A DNA stretch of 63,159 nucleotides, counting the filler, from Craspedostauros australis (lineage: Eukaryota), in assembly GCA_030167865.1 (NCBI GenBank). It is 12 parts of 12 records of this genome, joined end to end, with 100 filler letters (N's around TTAATTAATTAA, not from the genome) between each part and the next. Parts side by side here need not be neighbours in the genome. Positions count along the whole stretch, not along the records: positions 1 to 10,144 come from JALAGF010002455.1; positions 10,245 to 13,924 come from JALAGF010002458.1; 10 more parts are not named here. One strand, 5' to 3'. Below are positions 1 through 13,290 of the stretch, piece after piece. Position 1 is the first letter of the stretch, and each line of letters begins with the position of its first letter. The translations under genes and the position numbers were made by a program. The notes under the pieces were generated by a model. The model did not search any database. It saw only the letters and a list, made by a program, of their open reading frames with translations, and had not been told where the DNA came from.

Positions 1-463
1 GACCCTGCACTGATGTACTTGGTTCAGTGCTACAGGGTATACAGTCATTACAGCGCCTTGCTCTCCACATACGTAGATACACTGCAGTGTAGATCATGGC
101 ATGTGGCAGTGACGACCATGAAGCAGTGGCTGTGGTTGGAGCTGGCTCTCGGATTCCATTGTTTGAGTTGAAGCAGGTTGGATACACGCGTTAAGACCAC
201 GGCAGTGGTGCAGTAGTCATCAGCATGGAGGGAATCAAAGTATGTTGTAGTAAAAGGATCTGAGGAGCATATAGTTCCCAAGGTGGGATGTGAGTCAGGT
301 TGGTCATGTTTGGGTCATGATGGATTCGTGAATGGAGGAGAGAAAGGAGGAGAAAAGATTTGGTGGTCGATCAAGTCGGAAGATTTCGCGCCAAAACCAA
401 GAATTTCTCCCATCAGGTTGATACCGTGTTCGGTAATAGTCTGTCCCTCATTGAATCTCAACT
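1..463 (-). mobile_element. Partial LTR, same family as the LTR at 25267-25954 (cut by window start)
   Basis: The reverse complement of 1-463 aligns with 25267-25731, with scattered substitutions. Similarity stops exactly at the shared AGTTGAGATTCAAT end. Confidence 0.85.
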
Positions 464-723
464 GTACCCAACACTTCGCACAACTCGGGCCTGGAAACGA
501 CGAGGATCTGCATTCCACGTTGACAGTCCTCCTCAACTAGCCATGTATGGCATGAGTACATGCTCGTACCATGCCAAGAGGCACCATGAGATACCATACA
601 ACATCCAACCATCCAACCATCCAGCCATGCGATACCATTCAACCATTCAACCATTCAACCAATCATCCAATCATCCAACAACGGTCCAGAAACCCCTCAA
701 CAGCTATCAACCACCATCTCACC

Positions 724-1286
724 ATGCCAGATGTTTCAATCAAGCAACTCTTTGCTGCTTCCAGTACTGGTGATCTGACAGCGATGACGAAATGGAAGAA
801 GCAGAATGAAAGAGGTGATATCAACAAGGTGAAAAGAAGCTGGGGCTGCACTCCGCTTCATTACACATGTGCACATGGCAAGTGACAATGAGGATGGTTG
901 CTGAAGACACACATTCAGTGTTTACCCACAGAGAATCCAGCAGGTTGTATCAGAAGCCTCAGCTGATGGGAGATGTCCATTCCTTCTGCTGTGGTGGAAC
1001 AATGAGCAACAGATTTGATGACGAGTGCAGTGCAATGCCCTTGATGGAGTTGTACAAGGTTATGGAGAAGACAAGGGTACTGAGCAAGTCGATTCATTGG
1101 AGTGATGGTGATGGTACAAAGTGGAAATCGCAATCACTCCACTGCTGTGTCACACATTCCAAGTCACTCATTGGCTCAACACTTCCACACATATGCAGTG
1201 AAATGACGATGGCCAGTGTGCATGTGCTATGGAAGGTGGTGCAGGCAGTGTACTTCATCATACCATGGCTAGCTTGCACTTCATGA
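724..1286 (+). pseudogene. Degenerate ankyrin-repeat gene fragment
   Basis: LFAASSTGDL...GDINK...WGCTPLHYTCAHGK then a stop. A later GSTLPH resembles the ankyrin G-x-TPLH motif in another frame. Confidence 0.4.
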
Positions 1287-2450
1287 TTTGGTTTGGTTGT
1301 GGATAGTGAGACAGGATGGATGTGAGTGTGAGTGGGCAAGGAGCTTGGAGTATCAACAGCATCGAACCTCAGTCACAGTCACTATTGATGCTTTCATCGT
1401 CATTGCATTGTCGGGTTCTTGCGGTATGCAAGCATTCACCCGATTGTTCAGACCAGCCATTGGGCAGCTGGTGAGCCAACAAGCGAAGAAAGAGCCATGC
1501 ACCTTGCCAATTGCGCTTTGGTCAAGCTTGATGCAACCAAAGCATACCTTTGCAATACCCAGAGGATTTCCAACACTTGTGTCCTCATTTCTGCATCTAA
1601 CAATACTCTGAATGATCACTTGATGAAGCTTGTGAATGTTGCGATGGCATCTGACTTGACATGTGTGGGTGGCTCTTGATCTGGATTTGGTGCACGATTG
1701 GGATCAAGCTGAGCAATAAGAGAGAACAAGAAACAGCGTGCAAGCAGGAGAGCAACCAAGGGGATGTCATGTGACACCAATTGAAGATTGTCACTGATGT
1801 GATCATGCATGTGCTGATAGCAAAACCATGCTCACCTGGCTCTACTCCTCCACTGTCTTGGATTGCTGCCATTGGAGTGTGCAAGGCTTGTTGCAGTCCA
1901 ACCAATTGGTTGGATTTGCGAATACTCCAGTGTTCAAAGTGATGTATTTTGTGTGCAATGTATTGGTACCATATGATGCATTGGCGCCAAGCTGTTGTTT
2001 TTTGCATCTCAGGACCAATTCACCTCAGGGTGTGTGTGTCTTGAGCAATGCTCCAGCTTGACAACTTGGCCAAAGGCATCATTGGATCAAAGATGTGCAG
2101 CATTGGCATCAACGCGGAGACATCGCACACATCTCCAGCATGATGCGTGATCTGGCCTCAGCTCTGCCATCCGTAAGCTTCACGTTTCCGCACAAGGCGT
2201 ACATCCTCCGCCCAAACTTGTTCAGATGGGGGAATTGAAGCACTGGCGATCGTGTTCATCATGTCGATGGCATTTGCAGAAGGAAGTGTGCTCGGGTGGG
2301 TATTGCTATTGTGGTAGTCGGAGATCATGGTGTGTGTGTGGTGTTCTGTGGGAAGTGTAGTCGTATCCTTGGCTGTTGTTGGTGGCACTTCACTCTCTTC
2401 CTCTTGTTCTTGTGCGATCTTCTGCCACTCTTGGATTCTAGTTCTCGTCT
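1270..2450 (-). repeat. Dispersed degenerate repeat, copy 1 (homologous to ~10720-11560)
   Basis: Shared blocks include ttgttcag(a/g)ccagccattggg, ttggtacca(t)a/gtgatgc and tgctccagcttga. Minus-strand peptides PMAGLNNRVNA and PMAGLNNRANA match. Boundaries are approximate. Confidence 0.65.
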
Positions 2451-3146
2451 GCCGACTCTCCCGTTGTCGCGACGTCCGTAGCCAAATGCAAAATGAGAAA
2501 TGCCAACGAATGTGAAGTTGATGCCACAACCAGAATCAACGAGTGTGCTGACGACTACACGCCGTGCTCAACCAATGATTTCCCTCGATCGTCGTCAAAA
2601 TTCATCATGTTTCTCGTGTGTTCCTTTTGTCAAACGTGGATTCAAACGTGGATTCAAACGTGGATTATTGCGTTGGAAGCAACTTCGCCGATGAAGCAGA
2701 AACAACATGACTTTTCTCGCCGTCCTTCGTTCGTGTCTTCACCAAGGGTGGCGAGAGGGAAACCAACAACTACATCAACTCAAGGGGCGGAAAGGAAAAG
2801 TGTCCCACTTCCAAGGTGCGCACATGGCGCGTGGTAAGTACGAGTAGAGTACTCGCGTCGTCTTATTGCAGCACCACAAGTACTCGTTGACGTATGTCTG
2901 GTGGAGTACGCGTACGTGTATTTGTACCATAGTCGTATTCCCATACTCCCATGCCGATTGCACGTACTCCTCCACTACCGAAAGACGCTGTACAGACTCA
3001 TTGCAAATTTCAGCTCACAATCCAACCACGACAGCAATCTCAACTGCTACTATGATACCAACAAAACACGCATACTCGTACCATACTAGTAAGACCATCT
3101 GCACTTGATGCTATTCTTTCGTGGCGCATACTTCCTACTTTCAACC

Positions 3147-3638
3147 ATGGTGATTCGCAACGTTCAAAAGCAAGACATTCCTGGAATCAAGGCAGTGATC
3201 GACTCCACTGAACTCTTTCCATCCGAGATGCTCGATGACATGATCAAGGGATATTTGGAGAATCCAAAGGATTCTTCCAACATCTGGATGACAGAGGTCA
3301 AGCAGGACGATGGTGACAAGGCCGAGGTGCCCATCTCCATCGTCTACGCCGTGCCCGAGAAGATGACTGCGGGCACCTACAACGCGTTGCTCCTTGCCGT
3401 GTCTTCGGACGCCCAAGGGCAAGGCCACGGCAGCAAGTGCATGCAAAGCCTGGAGAAAGAGCTGAAGGAGAAGCGTGATGCACGGATCCTGCTGGTGGAG
3501 ACCTCCGGTACCGACGACTTCGCACGTACCCGGGCCTTCTATGAGAAGATTGGGTTCGAGAAGGAGGCGCGCATTCGCGACTTTTACGAAGCTGGCGATG
3601 ACAAGATCGTCTACCGCAAGGATCTGACCAAGAAGTAG
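3147..3638 (+). CDS. GNAT family N-acetyltransferase, bacterial-like, intronless
   Basis: Acetyl-CoA motif A (LAVSSDAQGQGHG), RILLVETSG, RAFYEKIGF and EARIRDFY...DKIVY. ATG at 3147 is preferred over the TTG ORF start at 3105. Confidence 0.9.
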   Translation: MVIRNVQKQDIPGIKAVIDSTELFPSEMLDDMIKGYLENPKDSSNIWMTEVKQDDGDKAEVPISIVYAVPEKMTAGTYNALLLAVSSDAQGQGHGSKCMQSLEKELKEKRDARILLVETSGTDDFARTRAFYEKIGFEKEARIRDFYEAGDDKIVYRKDLTKK

Positions 3639-5019
3639 GTTGAGCATTCTCTGGAGAGTGGTTGGACTGGTGGCCACGCAGGGCAGCACATTGCAAGAAT
3701 GACTTCACCTCTCGGTCACATCGCAGTAGAGGCGGAACGGCACCAACAGGAGCATCCTAGCCACAGCCATATCCATAACTGTAGAAAAGTACTACTACAA
3801 CGACAATTGAGTTTCCATGAGTGTCACTATCAGTGCGGTTACGTTGGCTGGATTGAACATCGGTGCGTCCAAATCAAGCAACTGTGAACCGTGAACCTTC
3901 GGTCGTTGCTCTTCAGTTTGAGGCGCTCGTGGATGCACCTCCTGCGAACCTGATAATACACTCAGCATACCATACTACTACCAATGCAACGATCACTCTA
4001 TTTGGTTGGCAGAGGGGATAGAGGCAAAGAGGACATCACGGGCGACGCCAAAGCGATGGAATGACGATGGCCAACGTGGAGAGAAATCCGACACATACGA
4101 CTAAATCGATGATTTCAATCGTGAACGTGATTGCATGACTGCAACACGAAAGATGCCATTCACGTTCTCCCGATTCATCAAAATCGCGAGCGTCTCGGAG
4201 GAACGAAAGCCATGGTTGACGACCGCGATGATGGTCATAGTGGTGATAATGATGATGGCGATGGCCGTGATGGGAATATCTGCCGTTGCCAGAATCGAAG
4301 ACAGAACATCATACTGCAAAGAGATGGGAGGTGGAGGCATCGGCGCAGCGAAGCCCACGCACCATCGTGGAACATGGAGTCTGCGTGATATACCATGCTG
4401 ACGAGTATCCGGTTGCGGCAAATCACGAAGTGTGAGCATCAAGATCATCATCGACGAGCACAGCGATGCACTCCACGATGAACGAATCCTCGTTCTGCGA
4501 CGGAACCCATGCCTAACCGCAGTGCAGCGCATCAAGCGCGGTTGGCATCACGGCGCCGGGCCACCATCGAGGCGAATGGCAACAATATCCATTGAGCCCG
4601 TCCATTCTGCAACCGCTGCAGTAGCGCTTCAATGTCACGCATTGGTCAAGAGCGCGAATGGTCCGGATACGTACGACCATGGCCCGCTGCATCAGCGCTA
4701 CACCATTCGAACAGAATGGAAAGTCATGATGTGGGGCACGCGACCAACAACTGCGATGCGAGACAGGACGGGACTTGGCGACACGTGCGCCAGAATGACT
4801 TGGTCACCGTCGCGGCATTGGAATGTGGGCAAGCGCACGCCGCGCCGCACTGGCTTGGCCGACTGCGGGATGCAGAGTTGCGACGACAGAGAGGTTCCTG
4901 GGGTTATTCCATCCCATCGAAGCGATCGGCAGGGTAGTGATACACAGAAGGGCATACCAACTTTCGCAGTTGCCGCGGTCGCTTTACATTCAACATGTAC
5001 TACTCGTCTACTACATAAC

Positions 5020-7559
5020 TTACTGGTCCGCATCTGTCAACACTGAACAGTTGTCGTCCATGGCACTTGCCGTATCACTTCTGCTGCCCATTTTCTCCTC
5101 TCTCCACGTCTTCACTGTTCGAGAAATGCTCGGCTTTCTCATCGAACCCGCGTCCGAAACAGAATGAACCGGCGCATGGCTTGGCGTTCCTTCAGACGTC
5201 ATATCTTGGCTGGTGCTCGACTGGCCCTGACGTCGTTGTGTCGAGCCAAGGGGTGTGAATTGATCTGCGAGGCTGTGCTCCATCTTCATCTCGCGAACGC
5301 GATCTTCGTCAACGTAATTCCCGTAGGTTTCACGAAAGATCTTGCATTTGGGAAGAGCGCCCCAACTTTCATAGAATCCCAATGCCTCGGTGAAATAGGC
5401 ACGGATGCGAGGGTCTTCTGGGTTACTGCTCCTCAGCATGTACTTGCCTGCCAGCTCGCATGCGAGTCCTGCTTCGTGAAGGTGGTCTCCTTCCCGGGCT
5501 TGCTTGATGGCGTCATTGTAGCAGGACTCCACGAGAGCGGGCTTGGTGCCTCCTACCTTGATTGCTTTCCATTCGGCACGAAGAATCAAGTACCGATGGA
5601 ACGCGCACATTCCTTGTGTGTCACAGATGTGTTTCAGCTGCCGCTTTCGCTGTCGCAGCATCTTGAGGTATTTCCGCTTCTTCGTTTGGTGATATCGACG
5701 AGAGGCCATGACACCGCTGAGGATGGTGGAAGATGTAGAGCGGTCAAAGCTGGGATCAGGAGTGTCGTTTGTCATGAACAGATGGTCCATCTTCTCGGCG
5801 TGTTCAAACTTCCCGAAATACACTGCGATGTGGAGTCTGCACCAATAGGCAAGAGACTGGTCGTGTGGATCTGAGTGATAATATTTGTCAGCGTCCATGA
5901 GTGCCTCCCAGTCCAACTTGAGAGTGCCGCGCATGTAGTGGATGGTATTTGCCACTTCAGTGACCATGATTTTGCGCGTTTCGATTTTGTATATCTTCAT
6001 GTGTTCGATGAGAGAGCTTGCGGCTGCTATCACCTCGGTGATAGGGCGCCCGCCAAAGAATAAGGATTGAAGGCTGCCAACCTGAACGATTACGCTGAGC
6101 TCAACTTCACCAACTGCCATGGCAGACTTGTAAGCTTGTTGGAAGTCATGTCTCAGTACATCAACGGGCTTGAAGAATGGATCGATGATCATGACCGCGG
6201 CATAGTAGATCCATCCCTCTGCCTTCGTGCCACTGCCTACCCTGCGTATGATCTCCTTTGCGAGCTCGGAAGTCCGACAAGCACCCGCAAAATCACCCGT
6301 ATTTGCCTGAAGTATGGATACACCGCTCATAGCAGCAGCAGAATACTCGCAGATACCACACCTTCGGGTGACTTGGACCATTTGCGTGACACCCAATGTC
6401 CACGCCAGCAAATCTCCGACTGAGAATGCTCGGATGGTGATCTGATGCAATAGATGCAGCAAGAGTAGCGTTTGCGGATTGGTTGTGCTGGGATTTTGCT
6501 CGAAGAACTGCTCCATACTTGTCTTCTTCAAGTACGCTTTGACAGAAAGAAGCTGCGACACTGCGCGCAACACCAACCATCGCTTCGGATACTCCCCACA
6601 CAATTGAACGCCTTGTTGAGCCAACTGCAAGCCTTTCATATGCTCATTTTGCTTTCCCAACGCATTGGCCATCGCGATGTACGTAGGCAGCTTGTCATGG
6701 ATGGATTGGCCATGATCAAGCACCTCGTATCCCAACGAATACCCCAACTCGAATCGATTCAGTGTGAGCTCGATGTCGCACCGAGAGCGTACCAACCGAA
6801 TTATCAAGTCGTACTGATCTTGCCATGGGTCACCTCTCACCTTGCGCAATGACGTGCTTGCGAGCTGGAGGTACGTCGCAGCAGGCACCAACGCGGCAAT
6901 CTGGAGCGCGTACTCGCCGACCTGAAGATTGCGCCGAGTCGCTGCGAGGTGGTCCTTGGTTGGGGCGCAGTTGAGGTGATCGGCTGCGATGAAGAACACG
7001 CTGCTGTCGCTCCCTTGATCATTGGCGTTTTTCGTTTCGTCGCCGTTTGTACTTGTGCAGAGATTCCACAAGCACTGTCCGATCCGCAGGCGGAGCTTGA
7101 TGCGAGGCTCTCCGAAAGGTACGAGATTGCGTGCTGCCTGCTGGATTCGGTCGTGTGCAAATCGATAGCTGGCACCGCCGATGGAGTTTGCAAGGAGTCC
7201 CTCCAGAACGGCTTGCTCCAACCACTCTGCGAGTGGCTTTTCAGCTTTCGCCTTGGTAGCCTTGCCTGGATCTTTGCTGGTCATACTTGTGCCTCGGCTT
7301 GGGCCGGCGGGAGGAAGAGCGTGAGCAGGAGTAGGGAGGATGTCACTTCCCGTTGGATTGTGTTGCTCTTCGTACTCCCAGACCGCCTGTAGAGTATCAA
7401 ACTCAAACGACGATCGAATATACGATGCCAGTATCAGGGCCTTCTGCAATGGGACAGGCAAAGATCGCAGCTTGGATGAAATGAGCTGGACCACGTTGCT
7501 TGCTGCCGCCTTGCTGCCGCTATCCATATCATCATTGCCACTGGTGCCGCCACCCCCAT

Positions 7560-7594
<35 letters not shown>

Positions 7595-9189
7595 TCGTTG
7601 TGGCTGGTCTGGTTGAAACTGAGCAGAGAAGGATCGAGCTCCCACTGGAATGTGATCCGGCTGTACGTCAATGCCTTCTTGCGTTCCATGTCTTGCAGAA
7701 GCTGGATCGTGTGGAAAATGTTGCCGTCGGTCTGTTCATGCAAAAGCTCAACGACCTCATCCACAACATCATCGTCCTGATCGAACAATTGCGATACCCA
7801 ATCGTACAGCTCCTTTTTGCTGAAGTTCTGCAGATAGATGTCGGTGTGGGCCGTGTCATCCGGTGATGACGAATATTGCGATTGCAGCTCGCCAAGGAAC
7901 TTCATGAGGGGAAGGTCTGCGTTGAACTCCATCAGCTCGTTGGGGGATTGCGGATTGATCTCTTGCCGGATCGTGCCAATCCACAGAAGGTGAGGCTGAT
8001 GCATGGCGGTGGAGATGAGATCCATGCATTCTTGAGATGCCCATTGCAGATCATCGAGTACCATGACGACTGGATGGCGTCTTGATGAGATGAGGGACAA
8101 GAACTGGGTGAAAGTATACTGAAATCTGTTCCACGATGTCTCTGTGGATGAGATCTGCGCAGTTTGGGATTGTTGCGCAAGTGAGGATGTGATGGATGCG
8201 TCACATGTTTGATCTTCGCCGAAGAGGATTGAGAGCGCTGGTACGAGTGTCACAAGCACATCCTTCTGCTGCATTGTGAGGCTGCTCGATGCGATGATGG
8301 ATCGAAGGCGTTGTAGCTCTGATGATTGGCTCACGACGGGGTGGTGGCGGTGCTTGTCTGCGTTGCCATCACCAGTCATTGCTGCAGTCCTCGCTGCGCT
8401 ACTGGCCTCCCCGCTTTGTGTCATTGATGGGCGCGAGGAAGCAAGTTGCTTGCACCAATCGGAAAGTGACTGGGTGATGGCGGAGAATGGGTTGCCTTGC
8501 TGATGCTCCTGGAACTTCCCCTTGAGCACACGGACATGTTTTGTCCTGTTCGTGGTTCGGCCGGGATCGAGTAATTGGTCACAGAAGATATCCACGAGCT
8601 TCGATTTGCCTGTACCGCTGGTGCCCCAAACGAAGGCTGCTGGGGCGAAGGATCGGCTGGAGGATGCATCCACAGGTGATTCTGACTCAGGAGTATCGTG
8701 CGATGAAGTGTTCTGGGTGTTTCCCTTCGTTCGTTCGGTTGGTTTTCTTGGTTTGGAATGTTGCATCATCTGATCGAATACACGATGCAGCAATCGCAAC
8801 TCCTTCTCGCGTCCAAAGAATCCGTTGATGTCATCGCCATCAACTTTGCCGCCGCCACTGTCGATGTGATTGGAGAAGAGAGTGCTTGGGACCTCTGTCT
8901 CGAGCTCGGTCTCGTTGTATCCATCGTCGTAGAAGTCGTTGCCTGACGTCAAGACATTGTTGTGCAGCCGAAGCAATGCCCTGTCCATCGATGACTTCCG
9001 CGTGGGCTGAGCGCCTTGCAGTGCATCTGAAGCGGAAGCCGCAGTGGCGGTGGTGGTGGTGACAGTGGTGGTAGAAGGGGCCATCCTACTTGTAGAGTCC
9101 AACTCCTTGATGGATGTTGGGAAACGAATGGATTCTGATGGTACCACTGGGGTTATCGCTGAGGACCTCGAAGATGGATGAGGTGACAT
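5020..9189 (-). CDS. STAND/AAA_16 (COG3899-like) P-loop NTPase with C-terminal helical TPR-like region, 1389 aa
   Basis: FFGREKEL, Walker A GTSGTGKS, KGKF, Walker B VLDDLQWA, TDGNIFH, FAHDRIQQAA, and terminal A...YESWGA..K motif. The ORF is uninterrupted. Confidence 0.88.
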
Positions 9190-9225
9190 GTATTATGTTG
9201 AGTGTTGGGCGCCAATTGATGGTGC

Positions 9226-9237
9226 TGTTGTTGTGGT

Positions 9238-9308
<71 letters not shown>

Positions 9309-9310
9309 TT
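9226..9310. repeat. (TGCTGT)n microsatellite just upstream of the STAND gene
   Basis: Directly visible hexamer run. Confidence 0.9.
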
Positions 9311-10144
9311 CTGGGTGCCTCACCTTCGCTCTTGCCTCTGCTGTTTTGGTGACGTGAAGGTAGTGCTGGACTTCATGCCATGTGCTTCTTTCCTCCTGGA
9401 GTCATTCCGGAGCCAGGAAACGGGACAGTGAGGATACTTTGTCTCTTACGATTGCCCCATCGTCTCTTTCTCTCTCTCTCTCTCCTCTCCCAACATGCCA
9501 GGGTCCGGAGAGTTGTCTTCCACGGTGCGGGTCTTGGCGCGTGTTGCCCTCTTCTTGTGGCAATTCCGCGCGTCCACGATGTCGCCATCTTTCGCTTGTG
9601 ACCCTGCGAGAGTCTGACGCGACATGACGTCATCTGGCACAAACCAACGAATGTGTCGCGATGTTGATTTCGTTCCGAAGAACACGAGCACTTTGCAAAG
9701 AGCGGTTGACGAGACGTCACAATTGAACTCACAAAGGTCACAAATGCGTTTGTGATGGTGTCATGCTATTCGCCAAAGTGTATTGGAATAAGTAGATATT
9801 GCACAGAGACGACGAACAGGGCAACAAAGAGAAACATATTTAAGCTCAGTCAAAGCACACAATCACATTTAGTCTTTTATGTCCAAGTTGCAATATACCA
9901 TGATGTCACTGAAAAATTGCTGAAAATTGGTATTTTCCCTTCATGTCCCCATTGACCGGTGACCGAATTGTCTGTACGACCACCAGTACACACGATTGAG
10001 CAACAAATGGACAGGCACTCTACCTCCAAAAGAGACTACATATGTGAAGGCATCTGTCTACAAGAATACAAGTGCATGGCTCATCCTGCATGCACAGTTG
10101 ATGCTTCTCACTTGCCTCTTTGCCATGTGTTCCAAGATTACATA

Positions 10145-10244
10145 NNNNNNNNNNNNNNNNNNNNNNNNNNNNNNNNNNNNNNNNNNNNTTAATTAATTAA
10201 NNNNNNNNNNNNNNNNNNNNNNNNNNNNNNNNNNNNNNNNNNNN
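10145..10244. other. Artificial contig spacer N44-TTAATTAATTAA-N44; also at 13925, 18721, 20382, 22939, 32115, 54181, 56299, 58263, 60227, 61915
   Basis: Identical 100-nt linkers carrying stops in all six frames. Confidence 0.97.
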
Positions 10245-10364
10245 CGTGTTGTTTTCCAGCAGTAGATTCGACTGATTTGGAAGAGGATACTGCCTGGCTC
10301 TGTAAACTATTAGTAACTCAGAGAGGTAGTTTGCAACTAAGAGACTAACAAAATTATAAGCAGA

Positions 10365-10490
10365 TGATGCATGGATTGTACATCATTGATTTGAATTGTG
10401 CATGGTTTGTGCATCGTTGATTTGATCGTGCATGATTTGTGCATCGATGATTTGATCGTGCGAAATTTGTGTATCGATGAGTTGACCTGT
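10365..10490. repeat. ~30-bp degenerate minisatellite (gatttgatcgtgcatgatttgtgcatcgat)
   Basis: About 4 imperfect units visible. Confidence 0.7.
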
Positions 10491-10719
10491 GTTCGGCTCT
10501 TCTTGATTCCCAAAGTAATCGTGCATTCGTGTTTTGATATCATTGGCTGACAGGATTTCAAATAAACCAATCAGGCTTCTGCTCCTGGATCCGCTGTGAA
10601 GAATGATGTTGCCTGGGGCGTTAGGCTAGGGTCCCATTTGTTTCTGACCCTCAGACACCATACAATCCCACACCACGGCATCCAACAATCACTCGATCAT
10701 TGTGAAGTTCAGTTGCGCG

Positions 10720-11560
10720 GCGTTATTATGTGATGGAGAGACAAGATGGTTGTGAATGTGAGTGTGAATGTAGGTGGGCAAGGAGCATGGAATATGAGTG
10801 CTGTGGAGCCTCCGCCGGGTTCACACTCATATTCGTCGCCTTCACCATTGGGGCCTTGTGATACGAGAGCGTTTGCTCTGTTGTTCAGGCCAGCCATTGG
10901 GGTAGCAGATGAGCCAAGCAACAAAGCAAGAACTATGCGCCTTGCCAATTGCACTTTGGTCATGCTTAATGCGATCGCTCGTTGCCGACGCAGTACGCGA
11001 GGCTTGATGCGGCCCAACCACTTGGCTGGGTTGGTGACTGCTCCGGCGTCCAGAGCGATGCGTCTCGTGCGCAGCGCATTGGTACCATGTGATGCTTTGC
11101 TGCCAAGCCATTGCTTTCCGCACCTCAAGACGAACTCGCCGCAGAGTGAGAGTCTTGCTCAGTGCTCCAGCTTGATGACTTGGGGATTGGCATCATCTGT
11201 CGAAAGATACGCGGAACCGAAGTTGAAGCCAAGAGATCGTGCACATCATCCACATGGTGCGTGATCCGACCTCAGCTCTCTCGTCCATCATCCGCACTTT
11301 TCCGCGCAACGTGTGTGTCTGACTTGTTCAGGCGGCGTAATTGAAGCAGCGAAGACCGCGCTCATCATCTCGGAGGTGTTTGTACCAATAGTTGTGGTTG
11401 TACGAGTAGAGGGAAGTGTGCTCGTACGAGTATCGTGGTGGTTGGACACCACGCTGCGCGCAGCCTGTTGTGTTGTGGTGAGCGCGTCTCTTGGTTGTTG
11501 TTGGCGATGCCTCCCTCTTCCACAATCTTCTGTTTCTTGGATTCCTGTTCTCATTTGTTG
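10720..11560 (-). repeat. Dispersed degenerate repeat, copy 2
   Basis: Colinear with ~1270-2450 but lacks the ~300-bp segment at ~1540-1865 of copy 1. Confidence 0.65.
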
Positions 11561-11683
11561 ATGTGGAGGTTGCACGTGTTTGTGTTGTTGTGACATGTAT
11601 AGCTCAATGTAAAATACGAAACATCAATACGCATTCATTTGATACCAAAATCACAATTTACAAAGGTTGACAAGTTCGGCACG

Positions 11684-12379
11684 ATGTCAGCATATGATTC
11701 CGGCAGCAAAGACACAAAAGTGAGATCCACAACAACAACAACAACAACAACAACAACGATCACACCAACAGACACGATCCCATCAACCCACCCCATATAC
11801 TCCTGCACCTGCAGGGGATCCCCAAGACTGAGCCCATTGGCAGCCATCAACCATCGCCACAGCGATGACTGGTGATGAGAGGCTGTGGAACAGATCTGCT
11901 TGTGATGGGAGGAAGGGGAGAAGTCGTGAAGGTGGAGGGAGAAATGCAAGAAAGGATGGAACATCACGCAAGAAAGCACCCTTGAGGATCTTTCGTGTGA
12001 CTGCTGTTGCTGCGGCAGCTGCTGTGACTGTTGCCAGCATCATCATCGTGCTGACATGGATGACGCTTGTCCCTTGAAGGGTCTGCATGAGGTGGACTTA
12101 TCTGCTCCAACGCATCCATCTCACTTTGGTGCCTCTGGTGATGATGTCGCAAGCAAGAGTATTGGCGATGTGTCTGGGGAGCAATCCTGGGATCATGTGG
12201 AGGATCATGTGAAGGATGATGAGAAAGGTATCATGAGAAATGACAGCTGCCAAGACAACCACCAAGATGACCAGCTGTACCAAAAGCAGCAGCAGGTGAA
12301 GACACCACGCCTCATCATCCATGTCGGACCATCAAAGACAGCCACCACCACTGTGCATGTTGGAAATCAGGGGTGGTGA
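11684..12379 (+). pseudogene. Frameshifted, truncated type II membrane sulfotransferase-like gene
   Basis: A TM anchor (AVAAAAAVTVASIIIVLTW) and PRLIIHVGPSKTATTT (resembles the 5'-PSB loop) lie in different frames. A stop follows the motif immediately. Confidence 0.5.
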
Positions 12380-13211
12380 TGATAGTAGAAAGCTAATCGT
12401 TTGTTAGAATCTACTTCTCTGAACTGTGACCTCTTCATGGCTCTCAACTTCCAAAGTTCGATCTCTTCCTGAGATCTCCATGGGTTCATCTGTTGGTCTA
12501 GCATGCATCCACATTGCATTCATCATGAATTCATCATGGACATACATGCACCACTGAGTACCCCATGTCTGTGCACTCAACACATCATCCTCCTTCTGAG
12601 TTTTGTTGGCTTAGACATCATTGAGTCACAGGCATCACTTGGCTTGTTCCATTTGATCAGATTGCTGTCTCCCATTCTTCACAGGAACACCTTGGATGAT
12701 TACTTTCTCAGCTTCTCATCATTGCACATCTCCGATACCTCTCCGGCACTTCACTGATCCTTCACCAGTTCGTCATCAGTGATCTATTCACAGGCCATCT
12801 CACTCTTTGTGACATCGGCATGTCTCGAACACTCTCTTTTCATTCATTGCGGCATGGGGGCCGTAGTTGTGTGTATTGTGATATTGGTCACGAATCCAAC
12901 ATCCCTGCCCCCTGTGACATTCACGTGTGATTCGCATTCCTGCATTGAGGTCACGAACATCACAGTCTGGTTCGCATTCGGCATGTGGCATTCTCCACCG
13001 CAGGACGCGTGTAGCTCAAATTGTTTTTGTCACAAAGATCCAAAGTGAGAGTTGCGGTAATATATCGTTGCTCGACATTCGACTCCCTACTATTGGGAGG
13101 TGCGGCGATTCGGTGTTTCAGAACACCCGATTCCTGACAAACACGTACGACAAGAGCATGTTCGAATGATGGAATCCGTGGCCATGGTTCATGTTGGTGT
13201 CGTTTCGCGGG

Positions 13212-13290
13212 CAACATCTGTGGACAACATCTGTGGACAACATCTGTGGACAACATCTGTGGGCAACATCTGTGGGCAACATCTGTTGGA
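13212..13290. repeat. 13-bp tandem repeat (caacatctgtgga/g) x6
   Basis: Directly visible. Confidence 0.92.

Noticed and set aside
3141..3708. Antisense ORFs over the GNAT (likewise 16242-17255, 27053-28063, 37131-38253, 61107-61865)
   Set aside because: Shadow ORFs produced by codon bias on the opposite coding strand.
4101..5046. ORF cluster between the GNAT and STAND genes
   Set aside because: Fragmented frames with no identifiable homology.
9114..9431. Poly-Leu membrane-protein ORF
   Set aside because: Translation of the (TGCTGT)n microsatellite.
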